Below, piece after piece: positions 8,226 through 17,823 of a DNA stretch of 64,000 nucleotides. The stretch is from Methanothrix sp. (GTDB taxonomy: Archaea; Halobacteriota; Methanosarcinia; Methanotrichales; Methanotrichaceae): assembly GCA_037128175.1 (NCBI GenBank), contig JBAXWY010000001.1, positions 113,900-177,899 on the forward strand, given 5' to 3'. Each line of letters starts with the position of its first letter. Within the stretch, counting starts at the first letter, position 1. The notes under the pieces were generated by a model. The model saw nothing but the letters and a program-made list of their open reading frames with translations, did not search any database and was not told where the DNA came from. A program made the translations under genes and the position numbers.

Positions 8226-9551
8226 ATGTACTCTCAGGAGCAGGTGCTTAAAATCGTTCAGGAGAAGAACGTAGAGTTCCTCCGGCTACAGTTCACGGAT
8301 ATATCGGGAATTGTGAAGAACGTGGCCATTCCCGCCACCCAGATAGGAAAAGCCTTGAAGAGCGGCATATCTTTTGACGGCTCTTCCATTGAGGGATTTG
8401 CCAGAATCCAGGAGTCGGATATGGTCCTGCAACCAGACCTTTCCACTTTCAGCCTCTTGCCCTGGCGCTCGAAGGACGGCTCTAATGAAGCCCGGCTGAT
8501 CTGCGATGTGCATCTGCCCAACGGGAAACCCTTCGAGGGCGATCCCCGCCGTGTCCTGCGCCTGCAGCTCGAAAAAGCCCAGGAGATGGGCTTTAAGATG
8601 AATGTCGGCCCAGAGCTGGAGTTCTTCCTCTTCGAAAAGCAAAATGGCGGCAGTGCTACCATCCCGCACGATTCTGGGGGCTACTTTGACCTAGGTCCCG
8701 TGGACCTGGCTGAGGATGTGCGCCGCGAGATCGTCCGGGCGCTGACGCAGATGGGCTTTACCATTGAAGCCTCTCATCACGAGGTTGCCAAGGGTCAGCA
8801 CGAGATAGACTTTGTTTATGACGATGCTCTGAAGAATGCCGACAAGGTAGTGACCTTCAAGTATGTCACCAAGACCATCGCCATGAAAGAAGGCCTGCGC
8901 GCCACTTTCATGCCCAAGCCCATTTACGGTGCATCCGGCACGGGAATGCATGCCAATATCTCGCTATTTAGGGGCGGGGAGAATGCGTTCTTCGATTCCG
9001 AAACTGCCACGGGCATCAGCGATCTGGCCCGGTTCTTCGTAGGTGGCTTGATTGAGCACGCCTGTGCCATAACCGCTATTGCCAATCCTCTCATCAACTC
9101 TTATAAGCGATTGGTCTCGGGTTTTGAAGCTCCCGTCTACATCACCTGGTCCGGGCCGAACCGCTCCTCACTAATCCGTATTCCTGCCGGCCGGGGTCTA
9201 TCCACACGCGTGGAGTTCCGTTCACCCGATCCGACCTGCAATCCCTACCTGACCTTTGCCGTAATCCTGGCGGCAGGCATGGACGGAATCAAGAGGGGCA
9301 TCGATCCGGGAGAGCCGGTTGATCTGAATGTCTATCATCTCAGCCCCGCCGAGCGCAAAGAGTTGGGCATCAAGACCCTGCCCGCCAATCTCAAAGAGGC
9401 CCTGGATTATCTGGAAGCGGACAGTGTCGTACGCGAGGCTTTGGGCGAGCATGTTTTTGAGAATATCATGCGCCTTGGTCTTTTGGAGTGGGAGGCTTAC
9501 AACACCTACGTCCATCCCTGGGAGATTGAAAGGTATATCAATGCGTTTTGA
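8226..9551 (+). CDS. glnA: Glutamine synthetase type I
   Basis: FDGSSIEGF, GPELEFFLF, HHEVAKGQHEI, FMPKP, GTGMH, NSYKRL, RVEFRSPD; SD-like ggagatga before ATG 8226. Confidence 0.97.
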   Translation: MYSQEQVLKIVQEKNVEFLRLQFTDISGIVKNVAIPATQIGKALKSGISFDGSSIEGFARIQESDMVLQPDLSTFSLLPWRSKDGSNEARLICDVHLPNGKPFEGDPRRVLRLQLEKAQEMGFKMNVGPELEFFLFEKQNGGSATIPHDSGGYFDLGPVDLAEDVRREIVRALTQMGFTIEASHHEVAKGQHEIDFVYDDALKNADKVVTFKYVTKTIAMKEGLRATFMPKPIYGASGTGMHANISLFRGGENAFFDSETATGISDLARFFVGGLIEHACAITAIANPLINSYKRLVSGFEAPVYITWSGPNRSSLIRIPAGRGLSTRVEFRSPDPTCNPYLTFAVILAAGMDGIKRGIDPGEPVDLNVYHLSPAERKELGIKTLPANLKEALDYLEADSVVREALGEHVFENIMRLGLLEWEAYNTYVHPWEIERYINAF

Positions 9552-9721
9552 GGGGCATTTACGGCTCCCACCATCTCTTTTTTTTGGCACTTTTTGAATT
9601 TGCTTCTACGGCAAATTTGCTTATCTCTTCCTTTGCCTTTATTGTTAAATGCATGCGCAGGGGCTCTCCGGCAAACTGTCATCCGAAACGTATATATATG
9701 GCATCAACATTGGAGGAGTCC

Positions 9722-9795
9722 GGGCCGGTAGCTTAGTCAGGCAGAGCGAAAGGCTCTTAACCTTTAGGTCGGGGGTTCAAATCCCTCTCGGCCCG
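9722..9795 (+). tRNA. tRNA-Lys(CTT)
   Basis: Cloverleaf; anticodon loop ctcttaa; GTTCAAATC T-arm; upstream TATA tatatata. Confidence 0.95.
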
Positions 9796-9808
9796 CTTTA
9801 AAACAACC

Positions 9809-10016
9809 GGGGCTGTGGCCTAGCCAGGTAGGGCGATGGGCTCCAGCGGTATAATTTAATGATGAGCAACGGGTCTACTGAGATTTCTCGACGGGGAGAT
9901 CGTTGATGATCCGTTGGAGCACTGAAATGAGCTGTTATCAGCCACTGATTTCCGGCTGTATGCACTTCAGTATCGGAGATACCCGTCGATCGTGAGTTCG
10001 AATCTCACCAGCCCCA
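9809..10016 (+). tRNA. tRNA-Trp(CCA) with an intron (~9847-9980)
   Basis: 5' exon ggggctg...gggctccag, 3' exon acccgt...cagcccca; intron at canonical position 37/38. Confidence 0.93.
9847..9980 (+). ncRNA. Intron-encoded box C/D guide RNA of pre-tRNA-Trp
   Basis: Box C atgatga, D' ctga, C' ttgatga, D ctga; guides acgggtct and ttggagc are complementary to the tRNA anticodon arm. Confidence 0.9.
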
Positions 10017-10097
10017 CCTTTTTATTCTATATTTGCTATTTCGCTTGCCACAGCGTTTAAATATTCTCCGGCCCCTAATCTCGGGAAGGGTGCCGAG

Positions 10098-10406
10098 ATG
10101 TTTAGAGATATCCTCACCATATGCTGGTCCATCAAGGAGGTCAATAAGAACCTCACCGATCGAAAGTCCACATCCGACTTCTCCATAAAATATCTAAAGA
10201 ATGCCTGCTCGATTCTGGCAGAACAGATGCGCAAGATCAGCAAATCCATGCCCCAAGAGGTCATCGAGGTTGCCGATAAGAAGGGCGAGAAGAAGAGCTT
10301 CACAATGCATGAGGTGGCAGAGATGCTTTATGATCCTCGAAAGATCGTAGAACTGAATCTTATCGACAATATCAGCCTATGGGCAAAAGCTCGCATGGCC
10401 GCCTGA
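10098..10406 (+). CDS. Hypothetical protein
   Basis: Clean ORF with upstream TATA (tttaaata); no recognised domain. Confidence 0.7.
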   Translation: MFRDILTICWSIKEVNKNLTDRKSTSDFSIKYLKNACSILAEQMRKISKSMPQEVIEVADKKGEKKSFTMHEVAEMLYDPRKIVELNLIDNISLWAKARMAA

Positions 10407-10653
10407 GGTCCAGAAAGAACGGCAAAACCAGGACGCATTTTTTCCGTTCTTCTTTTGACTTTTCTTAATTGCTAATATTTTTGCGCGCCTCAGAACTCAT
10501 AGGGCTCATCATATGGCATCAGAGCATGCTGTATCATCATAGGCGCCGCTACTCTGGGCCCCGTGCCCTAATAACTATTGTCTCCCATAATCAATTTATC
10601 CTTGGCAAGTTGCAGGGCAAGTTTGATCCGAGAAGCACTCCTATGTCTCGCAT

Positions 10654-11508
10654 ATGGTGCGATTAGGCATGCACGTCTCTGTGGCGGGCGGCGTGGACAT
10701 GGCATTTTCTCGTGCTCGCGAAAAAGGTTGCGATGCGTTTCAGATCTTCTCTTCCAATCCTCGCAAATGGTGCTCAAAAACCATTTCCCCCGAATCTGCG
10801 GAGCGCTTTCTTGCCCTGCAAAGGCAGTTTGACCTTTCTTTGGTGGTGGACCACATGCCCTATCTGCCCAACCTTGCCTCAGCAAAGGAAGAGGTTTACA
10901 CCAAATCGGTGGAGGCCCTCGCCAGGGGGCTGGAGCGCTGCCGGGCATTAGGCATACCGTATCTTGTAACCCATCTGGGAAGTCACCTGGGCGCGGGACA
11001 GGAGAGCGGGCGCGCGAGGATTATAGCTGCTTTGCAGACGGTCTTTTCTCTGTGCGATAGCGAAACCGTCTTGCTTCTGGAGAACAGCGCCGGCACAAAG
11101 AACAGCATGGGAGGCACATTTTCTGATATTGCGGCCGTCTTAGAATCCCTGCCTGACGAACGCGGGCGGCTGGGCGTGTGCCTGGACACCTGCCATCTTC
11201 ATGCCGCAGGATACGACCTACGAACCCCTCTGGCATTGCAGGCGACGCTGGATCAGTTTCAGGATTGCATCGGGCTGGAGTGGCTTATGCTTCTTCATCT
11301 CAACGATTGCAAGGGAGCCATAGGATCGCATCTGGATCGGCATGAGCATATCGGTCTCGGGCAGATAGGCGAGCAGGGCTTTCGCGCCATACTTTGCCAT
11401 CCCGCTCTTGTTGACCGGACAATGATCCTGGAGACGCCGGTGGACGATCGTCGGGATGATCGAGGAAATCTTGATGTAGCGAGGCGTCTGGCCTCAGGGA
11501 TAAAATAG
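10654..11508 (+). CDS. nfo: Endonuclease IV (AP endonuclease family 2)
   Basis: GMHVS, HMPYLPNL, HLGS, LLEN, CLDTCH, HLND, DRHEHIG, ILETP. Confidence 0.93.
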   Translation: MVRLGMHVSVAGGVDMAFSRAREKGCDAFQIFSSNPRKWCSKTISPESAERFLALQRQFDLSLVVDHMPYLPNLASAKEEVYTKSVEALARGLERCRALGIPYLVTHLGSHLGAGQESGRARIIAALQTVFSLCDSETVLLLENSAGTKNSMGGTFSDIAAVLESLPDERGRLGVCLDTCHLHAAGYDLRTPLALQATLDQFQDCIGLEWLMLLHLNDCKGAIGSHLDRHEHIGLGQIGEQGFRAILCHPALVDRTMILETPVDDRRDDRGNLDVARRLASGIK

Positions 11509-11886
11509 CTTCTCGATGACCAGCATCAAGGCGTCATTGGAGATGGGCTTGACCAGATAGCTGCCCGCTCCCAGATCGTAGCTCTTCTGGATATCTTGAT
11601 CCTCATTGGACCCGGTAAGAATGACCACGGGTATGCTCTGAAGATTATTATCTTTTTTTATGCAGGTGAGAAGATCTATGCCGCTGATATCGGGTAGATT
11701 GATGTCGAGCAAGATTAGCTGGGGTAGATCTGTCTTGGCAATATTTTGCAGAGCGGCAAGAGCTTCTTTGCCGCTGGTAGCAATAACCAGGCCATTATTC
11801 AGCTTATTGTGCAGTAATACGCGCTTTGTTACAGCAGCGTCCTCAAAATTGTCCTCCACCAGCAGGATCTTTATTTCTAAGTCCAT
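11494..11886 (-). CDS. Single-domain response regulator (Rcp1/CheY-like)
   Basis: ILLVEDN, LILLDINLP, LTGS, YLVKP. Confidence 0.92.
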   Translation of the reverse strand: MDLEIKILLVEDNFEDAAVTKRVLLHNKLNNGLVIATSGKEALAALQNIAKTDLPQLILLDINLPDISGIDLLTCIKKDNNLQSIPVVILTGSNEDQDIQKSYDLGAGSYLVKPISNDALMLVIEKLFYP

Positions 11887-12216
11887 AGATTCACCAGGAG
11901 CTTTACGCCCACTTTTCCCCTTAACTCATTAAGGCTAAAGGTGTTGTTGCAACTACCCACAAAAATAGTTTTCCCACTGGTCGGCGCATCTCATCCCTTA
12001 AATGCTCTCCACCAGCTTAATCCTGTATCTTAATCCAGAGCGTTTCACATCTCTGCTCAAAATTTTTTAATTTTATGAATTTATGAATATTCAACTTCTG
12101 CGGTAGTACTGATTTTCAATCAGGAATGTGTCTTCAATCGGGTGTGATCATCGTGCCCATTTATCTTTATTTTAAGTGAGATGGATAGTTCTCAGCTTCA
12201 ATTCGGTTTTGCCGCT

Positions 12217-13140
12217 TTAAACCTTATCGATCAGGCATCTCTTTACGCGCCCGCTGGAGAGAAGAGCAACGCGACTCAGGGGCACGTCTGCCTCCAATTC
12301 GTAGCCCAAGGCCTCGCCTAAGGTGCGAGCGAATTCCATAATCTCGTAGTGCTGCGGCATGGCCTCCCTTGTCAGGCGGTCTCGGGAGCGGCCCAGATGC
12401 ATGTAAGCTTTGACCTCCACATAGTCCGGCTCGGCCCTCGCGATGAGGCGGGCGTAGTCCTTCGGCCTTTCCATATTCAGGTCGCGCACCAGCGTCATGC
12501 GGATCACGCTTCGGCAGAGGTGCTGCTTGATGATATCCAGGCTCTCCAGAATTCGCGGCCAGAACTCTCCGTTGGGACGGCAGACGCGCCGGTACAGTTC
12601 TTCGTCTGGAGCATTGAGGCTGAGGTAGAGCTGCGTCGGCTGCAGCTCGGCCAAGACCTCAGGATTTGTGGCGTTGCTCACCACAAATGATGTCATGCCC
12701 CGCCGGCGGATGAGGTCGATAAGCTCCTTAAGGTAAGGATAAAGGGTGGGCTCGCCCATGAGGGAAAGAGCCACGTGCATAGGCCGGCGCGCCTCAGCCA
12801 GCCTCTCCAGATCCGTGGTCTTGGCTCCGCCGTAGCCGGAGAGAAACTTCTGCTGGCCGGAGAGGATGCCGTCCAAAAGTGCCTCGGGCTCCAGTGGTGC
12901 AGTTCCCGGCACAGGATCGTCTATCGGCCTCCAGCAGTGCAGGCACTGGTGGTTGCACTCCATGGTGGGCGTCATCTGCACGCAGCGGTGGCTGGATATG
13001 CCGTAGAAGTGGTGCTTGTAGCACTGGTCGCCGCCCCGCATGGCGCGGCGAAGCCACATGCAGGGCTTGACGGCTCCGCCACCGACGAGGTGGTAGCCCT
13101 GCTTGGTGAGGGTCTGAATGGCTTGATTTTGAGGTTCCAT
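12217..13140 (-). CDS. taw1: 4-demethylwyosine synthase TYW1/Taw1 (radical SAM)
   Basis: CYKHHFYGISSHRC-QMTP, CNHQCLHCWR, SLMGEPTLYP, VEVKAYMHLG. Confidence 0.93.
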   Translation of the reverse strand: MEPQNQAIQTLTKQGYHLVGGGAVKPCMWLRRAMRGGDQCYKHHFYGISSHRCVQMTPTMECNHQCLHCWRPIDDPVPGTAPLEPEALLDGILSGQQKFLSGYGGAKTTDLERLAEARRPMHVALSLMGEPTLYPYLKELIDLIRRRGMTSFVVSNATNPEVLAELQPTQLYLSLNAPDEELYRRVCRPNGEFWPRILESLDIIKQHLCRSVIRMTLVRDLNMERPKDYARLIARAEPDYVEVKAYMHLGRSRDRLTREAMPQHYEIMEFARTLGEALGYELEADVPLSRVALLSSGRVKRCLIDKV

Positions 13141-13180
13141 GCCTAGAGTTGAAAGAATAGCAGGAGATATATAGCTACGT

Positions 13181-14728
13181 GTGATGTTTTCCATTATCGC
13201 AAAGAATATGACCCAAAAGTCGCAAAGACGCTACTGGATGCCGTGGCGATCTCTTGCATTGATAGCTGTTTTGGCGATGGTGATAGTATCCACCACAGGC
13301 GCAGAGCAGGTTATCTCTGCTCAGGAGATTTTAGCCAAAATAGAGGGCAACGAGCCCGTTTATTATGATAGTATACGGGTTTTGGGCGACCTGGATCTCA
13401 AAACCCTGCCCGATGTTCGGGTGTCAAACTCATTTACCCTAACCAACTCGATCCTTATCAATGCCTCTTTCGACTGCGTCACCTTCGCGAAGGACGCCGT
13501 CTTCTGGGGCACCACCTTTGGCAATGCCAGCTTCAAGAATGCCGCCTTTCTCGGCCAGGCAGACTTCGCAAATACCAGCTTTGCCAATGCCACCTTTTCC
13601 GCCGCCTCCTTCGACAAGTCGGCTGTCTTCGACGGCGCCCTCTTTCAGGATAACGTGAGCTTTGAGGATGCACTTTTCGCCAGGGATGCATTCTTCAACG
13701 AGGCCTTGTTCATGGGCAACGCCGATTTCAATTACTCTGATTTTGACTCTTACTCTTACTTCGCTGCCGCGCAATTTTTTGGCGACGCTCTCTTCTCAGA
13801 CGTAGATTTCTCAGGTGCCCTGGACTTTTCCGCTGCTGCGGTTGCCGGGAGGGCCAACTTCTTCCAGTCCCGCTTTAGCAGCGCCAGCTTTTCCAATGCC
13901 GTCTTTTCCGGCCCGGTCCAGTTCGGCCTGGCCAGCTTCTCCGGCCTCTCCTCCTTTGGCGAAGCGATCTATGCTAAGGAGGCGAATTTCAATCTGGCCC
14001 GCTTTTCCCAGGCCGCCTACTTCTCGGGAGCCGAATTTCAAAAGGATGCCCTCTTCGGCCTGACCAAATTCCAGGACATCGCCAGCTTTCAGAGCGCCAT
14101 CTTCGATGGGAATCTCAACTTCAAGGGTGGATCGATCTCCACCATACTCTTGGATAAGGCAGAATTCAGCAAGGAGTCCCGCATTATCCTGAACGACACC
14201 GACTTTGCCCGCATCAAGGCCCACTGGAATGATATCGCGGGGAACGTAGTCTGGGAGCCTGCCACTTTTCTGGCCCTTGTGAACAATTACCACGACCTGG
14301 GCTGGTCGACAGACGAGGACGACTGCTACTATCAATACAGGAGCCTCAATCAGGGTAAAAAGCAGTGGGGTTGGTCTAAGGCCATCGATCTCCTGGCCTG
14401 GTTGTCTTGCGGCTATGGCGTTCGCCCCGGTTATGCCGTGGCCTGGTCGCTTATTACCATTCTGGCCTTTGCTCTGCTATTCTGGAGAGGAGACGGCATT
14501 CGCCGCTCCGCCAAGCCCCTCAATGAGGCCGCCGAGGAGGACAGCGTGCCCGAGCACGTCACACTACGAAACGCCCTCTTCTTCAGCACCATGGTCTTTC
14601 TCTCCCAGGGGCCCATCGACTTTCTGCCCGTGGGCCGGCACAGGTATTATGTTATCCTGGAAGGAATTTCAGGCTGGTTGCTGCTGGCGCTCTTCCTGGT
14701 GACCTTGGGGCGGGTTATGATCCGGTAA
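13181..14728 (+). CDS. Pentapeptide-repeat protein with signal peptide and C-terminal two-helix channel-like pore (paralog A); start may be 13208 or 13238
   Basis: A-x-F repeats; WLSCGYGVRP-TM1; ALFFSTMVFLSQGPIDFLP pore helix; TM2. Confidence 0.85.
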   Translation: MMFSIIAKNMTQKSQRRYWMPWRSLALIAVLAMVIVSTTGAEQVISAQEILAKIEGNEPVYYDSIRVLGDLDLKTLPDVRVSNSFTLTNSILINASFDCVTFAKDAVFWGTTFGNASFKNAAFLGQADFANTSFANATFSAASFDKSAVFDGALFQDNVSFEDALFARDAFFNEALFMGNADFNYSDFDSYSYFAAAQFFGDALFSDVDFSGALDFSAAAVAGRANFFQSRFSSASFSNAVFSGPVQFGLASFSGLSSFGEAIYAKEANFNLARFSQAAYFSGAEFQKDALFGLTKFQDIASFQSAIFDGNLNFKGGSISTILLDKAEFSKESRIILNDTDFARIKAHWNDIAGNVVWEPATFLALVNNYHDLGWSTDEDDCYYQYRSLNQGKKQWGWSKAIDLLAWLSCGYGVRPGYAVAWSLITILAFALLFWRGDGIRRSAKPLNEAAEEDSVPEHVTLRNALFFSTMVFLSQGPIDFLPVGRHRYYVILEGISGWLLLALFLVTLGRVMIR

Positions 14729-14744
14729 TACAAATACAAAAGTG

Positions 14745-15058
14745 GTGACTTCCTCCCCACCCTAAAGGATGGGGCTTCCTGCTTCGCAGAGCCAACGCTT
14801 ACCCGGACGATCTGGTCCAAGTCGGAGGTCGATTCTCCACAGGCTATCCCCCTCAGTCCGAGGGTTAAGGATCTGGGTTTGAGATCCGGTTTGGTTGGGT
14901 TTCAAATTTCCGGTCTTCCAACTAGCACTTTCAGCCGAGTTTGGAATTCCTTGGAGAACAATTCTTTCCTTGGTATATATAGCTATTTGCGGCAACAGTG
15001 GGGCCAATTCAACCGCACCCTGAAGGGCTGCGGTCTTCTTGGCCCCTACACCCCAAAT
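14745..15058 (-). mobile_element. Non-autonomous IS200/IS605 (TnpB-deleted) element with left end, TnpB tail/omegaRNA region and right end
   Basis: Minus strand: TTTAT, then ggggccaa...accgcagcccttcagggtgcggt...ttggcccc (LE); TnpB-like tail LTLGLRGIACGE...AKQEAPSFRVG; RE ccccatcctttagggtgggg aggaagTCAC. Confidence 0.8.
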
Positions 15059-15090
15059 GATAAATCCTGGGCCATCTTCAAATTGGATCA

Positions 15091-16572
15091 TTGATTACAG
15101 TTTCCAGATGGCACATGCTGCTCTTGGCCTTACTACTGCCCATACTGCTTAGCGATGCCTTGGCAGTAGAGCCTGGGATTGATGCCCCTTTGCCAGCCTC
15201 TCCGGCAATATCTGCCCAGGATATCCTGGCCCAAATAAGATCGGGTGAGCCGCTGAACTATGACAATGTAACCATTGCCGGTCAGCTGGATCTGGGGGCA
15301 GGAGATGAGCCGGTCAAGCAATCGATAAGAATTACCAACTCTCGCATCCAAGGACCCGTAAGAATGGAGGAGGTGGCCTTTGCCGAGGTCCTGGATCTGC
15401 GGGGATGCATCTTTGAAGACGATGTCAGCTTTGTTAAGTCCGTTTTCCAGAAAGATGCCAAGTTTTCCGGAGCAATATTCCAAAAGCAGGCCGACTTTGC
15501 CGAGACCTATTTCCAGGGACCGGCCTCTTTCATCAGCGCGCTTTTTCAGAACGACAGCAGCTTTAGCAACGCCCAGTTCAATGGGGATGCCGTATTCCTC
15601 GATTCCGGATTCGCCAGTGATGTCGACTTCAATTACGCCAAGTTCCTGAGTTCTGGATCTTTCTTGAATGCTAATTTCGAAGATGTAAGCTTTTTTGAGA
15701 CTCATTTTGCCGGGCAGGCCACATTTCGAGTCGCAAAGTTTAGAGGCAATGCCACATTTGCGGCTACCCGTTTCGAGAGCGATGTGCTCTTTCGTGCGGC
15801 CCGCTTCTGGAAAGGAAGCACATTTGGCCTGTCCAGCTTTGGGGGCTTGGCGGACTATGGCAATGTCGACTTCAAAAAGACGGCCTTCTTTGGGGGGGTG
15901 AAGTTTGCAGACCTGGCCTATTTCGCCAATGCCAGGTTTGATGGGGATTTGATCCTGGAGGGGGCCCGGTTGTACAGCATGCAACTGGACAATGCTGCAT
16001 TCAATGATAGTTCAAAAATTAACCTCAACAGCACGGACTTTTCCAAGTTCGTGGTCCACTGGAGCACCATACGGGATCGCATGGTGTACAATGGGGCCGC
16101 CTACCTGGCACTGGTGAAGAACTACAAGAGCCTGGAGTGGTTTGATGAAGCAGATGAATGCTACTATCAATACCGCAGAATCGGTCAGGATCAGGCGCCC
16201 TGGGGCTGGGGCAAATTCTCGGACATCATCTCCTGGCTCTCCTGCGGTTATGGTGTTCGGGTGAGCTACACTGCCTTTTGGTGCCTTTTTACCATTCTCA
16301 TCTTTGGAATGATATTTTGGGCAGGAAAGGGCATGGACAAGTTCGTGATCGAGGGCGTGGAGCTTCCAGGAGACCAGCGTTTTATGCCCAGCAAGCGCGT
16401 CTCTTTCACCGATGCCCTCTATTTCAGCATTGCCATGTTCACCACCTCCCAGGCGCCCGTCAATACCTATCCAGTAGGCGTTTACAGGTATCTGGCCATG
16501 GCGGAAGGGATATTGGGCTGGTTCTTCCTGGGCCTCTTCGTGGTTGTTCTGAGCGCGGTGCTCATTCGCTAA
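15091..16572 (+). CDS. Pentapeptide-repeat/channel-like protein with signal peptide (paralog B)
   Basis: Signal LLLALLLPILLSDALA; pentapeptide repeats; SCGYGVR; DALYFSIAMFTTSQAP; TM2. Confidence 0.85.
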   Translation: MITVSRWHMLLLALLLPILLSDALAVEPGIDAPLPASPAISAQDILAQIRSGEPLNYDNVTIAGQLDLGAGDEPVKQSIRITNSRIQGPVRMEEVAFAEVLDLRGCIFEDDVSFVKSVFQKDAKFSGAIFQKQADFAETYFQGPASFISALFQNDSSFSNAQFNGDAVFLDSGFASDVDFNYAKFLSSGSFLNANFEDVSFFETHFAGQATFRVAKFRGNATFAATRFESDVLFRAARFWKGSTFGLSSFGGLADYGNVDFKKTAFFGGVKFADLAYFANARFDGDLILEGARLYSMQLDNAAFNDSSKINLNSTDFSKFVVHWSTIRDRMVYNGAAYLALVKNYKSLEWFDEADECYYQYRRIGQDQAPWGWGKFSDIISWLSCGYGVRVSYTAFWCLFTILIFGMIFWAGKGMDKFVIEGVELPGDQRFMPSKRVSFTDALYFSIAMFTTSQAPVNTYPVGVYRYLAMAEGILGWFFLGLFVVVLSAVLIR

Positions 16573-16656
16573 ATATCGCTAATCGAAAAAACGATAAGAG
16601 AGCGCCAATCCGGAAAGGTTGATATACGTGTTGGTTATACGGGAAAGATCGGAAAA

Positions 16657-16731
16657 GGGCGCGTGGCCTAGTCCGGATAAGGCGGCAGCCTCCTAAGCTG
16701 TAGATCGGGGGTTCGAATCCCCCCGCGCCCG
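16657..16731 (+). tRNA. tRNA-Arg(CCT)
   Basis: Cloverleaf; anticodon loop ctcctaa; GTTCGAATC. Confidence 0.95.
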
Positions 16732-16791
16732 CTTGGTTTTTTTGAAAACATATTCTTGTTTGCTGCTACCAACTTTGGAAAAATGATTGAT

Positions 16792-17664
16792 TTAAGGCAC
16801 AATCTTGGAGATGGCCAGCTCCAGGATATCCTCTGCCCCCGATTTCTTCAACTGGGGAATGAGCAGGTTGACAATGGATCGGTCCACCACAGTCTCCACG
16901 GCGTAGTAGCCGGAGTTGTAGAGCTTGGAGATGGTGGGATTTTTCATGCTGGGCAGCATGGATATCAAATCCGCGATAGAATCCTCGGGCACATTCATCT
17001 TGAGCAGGACCTTTTCTCTCGCCTTTATGACTGCAGATAGAAGCGTCTCTACAGCTATGATCTCCTCGCGCTTCTCCGGGTCTGCCCAGCTCTTTTTGTT
17101 GGCAATCAGCTCCGAGGTGGACCTGAGCATGACATCAATGATCTTCAAGCCGTTCTTCTTCAGGGTGGAGCCGGTCTCGGTGAGATCAACGACCACATCG
17201 GTCAGCTCCGGAACCTTGGCTTCGGTAGCTCCGAAGGAGAACTGGATGTCCACCGGTATTCCCAGACCCAGGAAGAAGGCCTGGGTGAGGCTAGGATACT
17301 CTGTGGATACGCGGCTGCCCGGTTTAATCTCACGAGCGGAGTGGATATCCAAGCTCTCGGGCACGGCAACCACCAGCTTTACAATGCCGGGCCCCTGTTT
17401 GCCGTAGTTGAGCTCAGCCACGCGGGCCACGACGGCACCAGACTCCATTATCCAGTCCGTTCCCGAGATGCCCAGGTCGAAATAGCCTTTGGCTACATAT
17501 CCCGGTATCTCCTGGGGGCGGAGGATCTTCACCTTGCCGATGCGAGGGTCTTGTATGCGGGCGTTGTACTCGCGCTCCGTTCTCTTAACCTCCAGCCCGG
17601 CTTGCTCGAAGAGCTGCAGTGTCTGGTTTTGCAGGCTGCCTTTGGGAATGGTGATGTCGATCAT
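16792..17664 (-). CDS. hisG: ATP phosphoribosyltransferase (long form)
   Basis: PKGSL, RPQEIP, GATE, DLTETGSTL-KNGL, C-terminal regulatory domain. Confidence 0.95.
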   Translation of the reverse strand: MIDITIPKGSLQNQTLQLFEQAGLEVKRTEREYNARIQDPRIGKVKILRPQEIPGYVAKGYFDLGISGTDWIMESGAVVARVAELNYGKQGPGIVKLVVAVPESLDIHSAREIKPGSRVSTEYPSLTQAFFLGLGIPVDIQFSFGATEAKVPELTDVVVDLTETGSTLKKNGLKIIDVMLRSTSELIANKKSWADPEKREEIIAVETLLSAVIKAREKVLLKMNVPEDSIADLISMLPSMKNPTISKLYNSGYYAVETVVDRSIVNLLIPQLKKSGAEDILELAISKIVP

Positions 17665-17823
17665 TCTGAGGTTTTGCTTTTTTTAGAACATATTTTTGTC
17701 TTTTGCTCGAGGGGTTGTATCGATCGAGAATCTATGTTTCACGTGCCATTTTCCAGGCGATCACGACGCACAATATTTATAAATAACAACAGTAATAAAC
17801 AGTTGTGAGAAGGGGGAAAGCAG

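Noticed and set aside
14398-14430. CGYG in the pentapeptide proteins as the K+ selectivity filter
   Set aside because: It precedes TM1 rather than following the pore helix, so the position is wrong for a filter
14762-15091. 109-aa minus-strand ORF as a transposase
   Set aside because: No HUH or RuvC motifs; it is a chance frame across the element, and the TnpB tail lies in another frame
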